From Candidatus Ventricola sp. (lineage in GTDB: Bacteria; Bacillota; Clostridia; Christensenellales; Aristaeellaceae): 64,000 bases of DNA. Shown here piece after piece: positions 61,569 to 64,000 of the stretch. Location of the stretch: positions 13,430 to 77,429 of the forward strand of contig JBJEUI010000218.1 in the NCBI GenBank assembly GCA_051883755.1, given 5' to 3'. How positions within the stretch are numbered: the first letter of the stretch is position 1; each line of letters starts with the position of its first letter. The notes beneath the pieces are model-generated. The model saw only the letters and a list, made by a program, of their open reading frames with translations, was not told where the DNA came from and did no database searches. The position numbers were made by a program, and so were the translations under genes.

Positions 61569-62531
61569 TTACTCCACCTCGTTGGCACGCGCCGCGAGCT
61601 CGTCGGAAAGCACGATGCCGAACTTCGCGAGCGCATCCGCGTTGACGTACAGGCCCGGCTCGGTGATGATCTCGTACGGGATTTCGCTGGCCTTCGCCTC
61701 GCCCTTGAGGACCTTGGCGGCCATCAGACCGGTCTGGCGGCCCAGGGCGATGTAGTCAAGCCCCTCGGCGGCGACGCAGCCCAGCTTCACCTGCTCGATT
61801 TCGGAGCCGAAGACCGGCTTGCCGGCGGCGTTGGCCTTGTCCAGCACCAGCGCGAGGGCGGAGACGACGGTGTTGTCGGTCAGGTTGGTGAGGCAGTCGA
61901 CCTTGCCAAGCAGCGCGTCCAGCGCCAGCGGGATGTCCGCGGTGGTGGAGATGCCGGACTCGACGATCTCAAAGCCGTAGTCGCCGGCCATGCTCTTGTA
62001 GATTTCGATGGCGGAGATGGAGTTGACCTCACTGGTGGTGTAGAGGATGCCGATCTTCGTGGCGTCCGGCAGCATGGCGCGGATGGTTTCCAGCTGCGCC
62101 TTGATCGGCAGCGCGTCGGAGGTGCCGGTGACTTCGCCGGCGGCCGTGCCGTCCGCGCTCGCAAAGCCGGCGGCGACCGGGTCGGTGACGGCGGTGAAGA
62201 TCGTCGGGATCTCGCCGGCAGCGGCGTTGTAGCAGGCCTGCGCCATCGGGGTGGCGATGCCGACCATCATGTCCACCTTCGCGCTGGCGAACTGCGCGGC
62301 GATCTGCTGGGCGATGCCCATGTCCGCCTGTGCATTCTGCAGGTCGATTTTGAGGTTTTCACCCTCTACGAGGCCCGCTTCCGCGAGGCCCTCGACGAAG
62401 CCCTGGTAGCAGTTGTCCAGCGAGCCGTGCTGCGCGAACTGGCCGATGCCGATGGTATAGGTTTCAGCAAAGGAGACTGCGGCGGCGAGGACCAGGGCGA
62501 TGGAGACGATGATGGAAATGATGCGCTTCAT
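61569..62531 (-). CDS. ABC transporter substrate-binding protein (COG2984/ABC_sub_bind type; TrpX-like)
   Basis: Signal peptide MKRIISIIVSIALVLAAAVSFA. YTIGIGQFAQHGSLDN and the rest of the sequence are typical of the family. RBS is AGGAGGA. Confidence 0.9.
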   Translation of the reverse strand: MKRIISIIVSIALVLAAAVSFAETYTIGIGQFAQHGSLDNCYQGFVEGLAEAGLVEGENLKIDLQNAQADMGIAQQIAAQFASAKVDMMVGIATPMAQACYNAAAGEIPTIFTAVTDPVAAGFASADGTAAGEVTGTSDALPIKAQLETIRAMLPDATKIGILYTTSEVNSISAIEIYKSMAGDYGFEIVESGISTTADIPLALDALLGKVDCLTNLTDNTVVSALALVLDKANAAGKPVFGSEIEQVKLGCVAAEGLDYIALGRQTGLMAAKVLKGEAKASEIPYEIITEPGLYVNADALAKFGIVLSDELAARANEVE

Positions 62532-62611
62532 AATGTGTTCCTCCTGTCAGAAAATGGTTTGTCGATCGGGTAACAGTGACCAGTCGTGGATGAAGCGCCG
62601 AGACCAGGAAA

Positions 62612-62892
62612 ACAAAAACGCCTCATATTCCTTACGGAACATGAGGCGGAATATACTTCCGTGGTGCCACTCAGTTTGGCCTTTCGGCCCGCTTTACCCC
62701 GTACCAACATACGGTGCAGCCTGATAACGGGTCTGCGTCCCGTCCCTGTCTAATAAGGCGGCATGCCGGTTGACAGGGCCCTCGGAAAGTCCATTTCAAC
62801 ATCCTTCTGTACCGCACTCCCAGCAACGGCGGCTCTCTGAAACAGGCGGGGATCTTTACTTCTCTTCCCTCAAACGGTTTGTATTTGGATTG
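62612..62892 (-). promoter_or_regulatory. T-box leader, tryptophan specifier UGG
   Basis: The minus strand carries AGAGAG (62833-62838). The specifier context is TTGAAATGGAC, with UGG at 62791-62793 followed by A. T-box core is AAACTGAGTGGCACCACGG (62657-62675). Terminator is CGCCTCAT...ATGAGGCG-TTTTT (62614-62648). Confidence 0.85.
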
Positions 62893-62898
62893 ATTCGC

Positions 62899-62927
62899 AT
62901 TATAGCAGGCGTATGTTCGGTTGTCAA
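62899..62927 (-). promoter_or_regulatory. Consensus sigma-A promoter of the Trp T-box/ABC operon
   Basis: The minus strand reads TTGACA (62922-62927), 17-nt spacer ending in TGC, then TATAAT (62899-62904). Confidence 0.8.
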
Positions 62928-63062
62928 CCCCGTGTTGAAAAAAATTGTGAACTTTCGTTCATGAATTGTCGCAGATGACAGAATTGACGGCTGAAATCTC
63001 CATGAATACATGGAAAATGTGTGTTTTATATTCTATCTCGGGGTGACGGTTTGTATCCCCAC

Positions 63063-63091
63063 TTGAAGTGAGCGGTTTTGTATGCTATAAT
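63063..63091 (+). promoter_or_regulatory. Promoter of the DegT-family gene
   Basis: TTGAAG (63063-63068), 17-nt spacer ending in TGC, then TATAAT (63086-63091). The palindrome GCCCGAATATTCGGGC (63119-63134) abuts the RBS. Confidence 0.6.
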
Positions 63092-63152
63092 GCAAACATC
63101 TATTAATATGTTCAATAATGCCCGAATATTCGGGCAGGAGGATAATGTTTTC

Positions 63153-64000
63153 ATGAACGATTTCAAAGTCAGAAGCGATTGGATGCCGTTCTGCATGCCG
63201 GATATCACGGATGCGGAGGTGCAGGCTGTCAGCGACACGGTGCGCTCCGGCTGGTGGGCGAAAGGTCCCAGAACGATTGAGTTTGAAAAGCGTTTTGCCG
63301 AATACGTGGGCGCGAAGTACTGCGTGGGCGTCAATTCCTGCACTGCGGCGCTTCATCTGGCCCTGATGAGCCAGGGCATCAGCCCGGGCGACGAGGTCAT
63401 CACCACGCCGCTGACCTTTGCTTCCAGCGCGAATACCATCCTGCATACCGGCGCGACCCCGGTGTTTGCCGATATCGATCCGGATACCGGCCTCATCGAT
63501 CCCAGGGAGATCGAAAAGAAGATCACAGACAGGACCCGCGCGGTGGTGCCGGTGCATTACTCCGGTCTGGCGGCGGATATCGGCGAGATCGGCAGGCTGT
63601 GCGACCGCTATGGCCTGTTCCTCTCCGAGGACGCGGCGCATGCCGTGGAAACCCGCTACAACGGCGAGCTCATCGGCCATCATCCCAAGGGCACGGTGTC
63701 CTATTCCTTCTATGCGACCAAGAACCTGGCCTGCGGCGAGGGCGGCGCGCTGGTGACCGACGATGAGCAGATCTACAAAAAGGCCTGCATCCTCTCCTGC
63801 CACGGCATGAGCGCGGGCTCCTGGAACCGCTACGGCAAGAGCGGCTCCTGGCGCTATGACATCGAGGAGCCGGGCTTCAAGTACAACATGTTCGACATTC
63901 AGGCCGGTCTGGCGCTCGCCCAGCTTAAGCGCATGGACGACATGCAGCGCCGCCGCTTTGAGGCGGTGGACGTCTACGAGCAGGCCTTCAGCGGCGTTCC
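63153..64000 (+). CDS. DegT/DnrJ/EryC1/StrS-family PLP-dependent sugar aminotransferase (3' end outside window)
   Basis: Hand translation from ATG 63153 (AGGAGGA upstream): MNDFKVRSDWMPFCMPDITDAEVQAVSDTVRSGWWAKGPRTIEFEKRFAEYVGAKYCVGVNSCTAALHLAL...SFYATKNLACGEGG. It is open to the window end and is absent from the ORF track because no stop is reached. Confidence 0.9.
   Translation, partial: MNDFKVRSDWMPFCMPDITDAEVQAVSDTVRSGWWAKGPRTIEFEKRFAEYVGAKYCVGVNSCTAALHLALMSQGISPGDEVITTPLTFASSANTILHTGATPVFADIDPDTGLIDPREIEKKITDRTRAVVPVHYSGLAADIGEIGRLCDRYGLFLSEDAAHAVETRYNGELIGHHPKGTVSYSFYATKNLACGEGGALVTDDEQIYKKACILSCHGMSAGSWNRYGKSGSWRYDIEEPGFKYNMFDIQAGLALAQLKRMDDMQRRRFEAVDVYEQAFSGV

Overview
GC-rich chromosomal segment of a spore-forming Clostridia-type Firmicute. 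The taxonomic placement is an inference from yabP-yabQ-divIC, three T-box leaders, a HydABC hydrogenase operon and strong G/C at third codon positions. I can support about 55 protein-coding genes, 3 tRNAs, 3 T-box leaders, and a set of sigma-A-type promoters and intrinsic terminators. I see no rRNA, no CRISPR array and no intact mobile element. The only mobile-element trace is a promoterless TnpV-like remnant beside tRNA-Ala. Gene order across the window: (1) a DRTGG/PHP/HydC/GHKL/Fdx/HydB/HydA electron-bifurcating-type [FeFe]-hydrogenase cluster. (2) Housekeeping genes: nth, rarA, T-box-ileS, rRNA/tRNA modification and T-box-proS. (3) A glycan-utilisation locus: GH2, sugar ABC transporter, AraC and GH20. 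(4) A membrane-only Na+-decarboxylase module (beta plus a small gamma-like ORF) next to a tandem ferritin-like protein and a Gfo/Idh/MocA oxidoreductase. (5) Envelope and polysaccharide genes. (6) yabP-yabQ-divIC-ppx followed by initiator and elongator tRNA-Met. (7) Exported proteins: LRR, phosphodiester glycosidase, an Lgt paralogue and two paralogous exported TSCPD/TIGR03905-type 4-Cys proteins. (8) A Trp-T-box-controlled COG2984-type ABC transporter. The observations most worth a second look are listed here. First, the two-gene exported module at 55.5-56.8 kb: a Tat-signal protein with a 4-Cys domain, and a Sec-signal protein with an FMN_bind domain and the same 4-Cys domain, both ending in GTxCxGC. 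Second, HydA carries TSCSP where the canonical H-cluster motif is TSCCP. Third, a two-hairpin intergenic repeat is present three times with a compensatory stem change, one copy sitting inside an operon. Fourth, several apparent pseudo-enzymes or pseudo-receivers: an RfbG-like protein, a GH4-like protein and an ANTAR regulator. Fifth, other hairpin-dense or MITE-like intergenic blocks. All family assignments come from reading the translations by eye. No database search was run.
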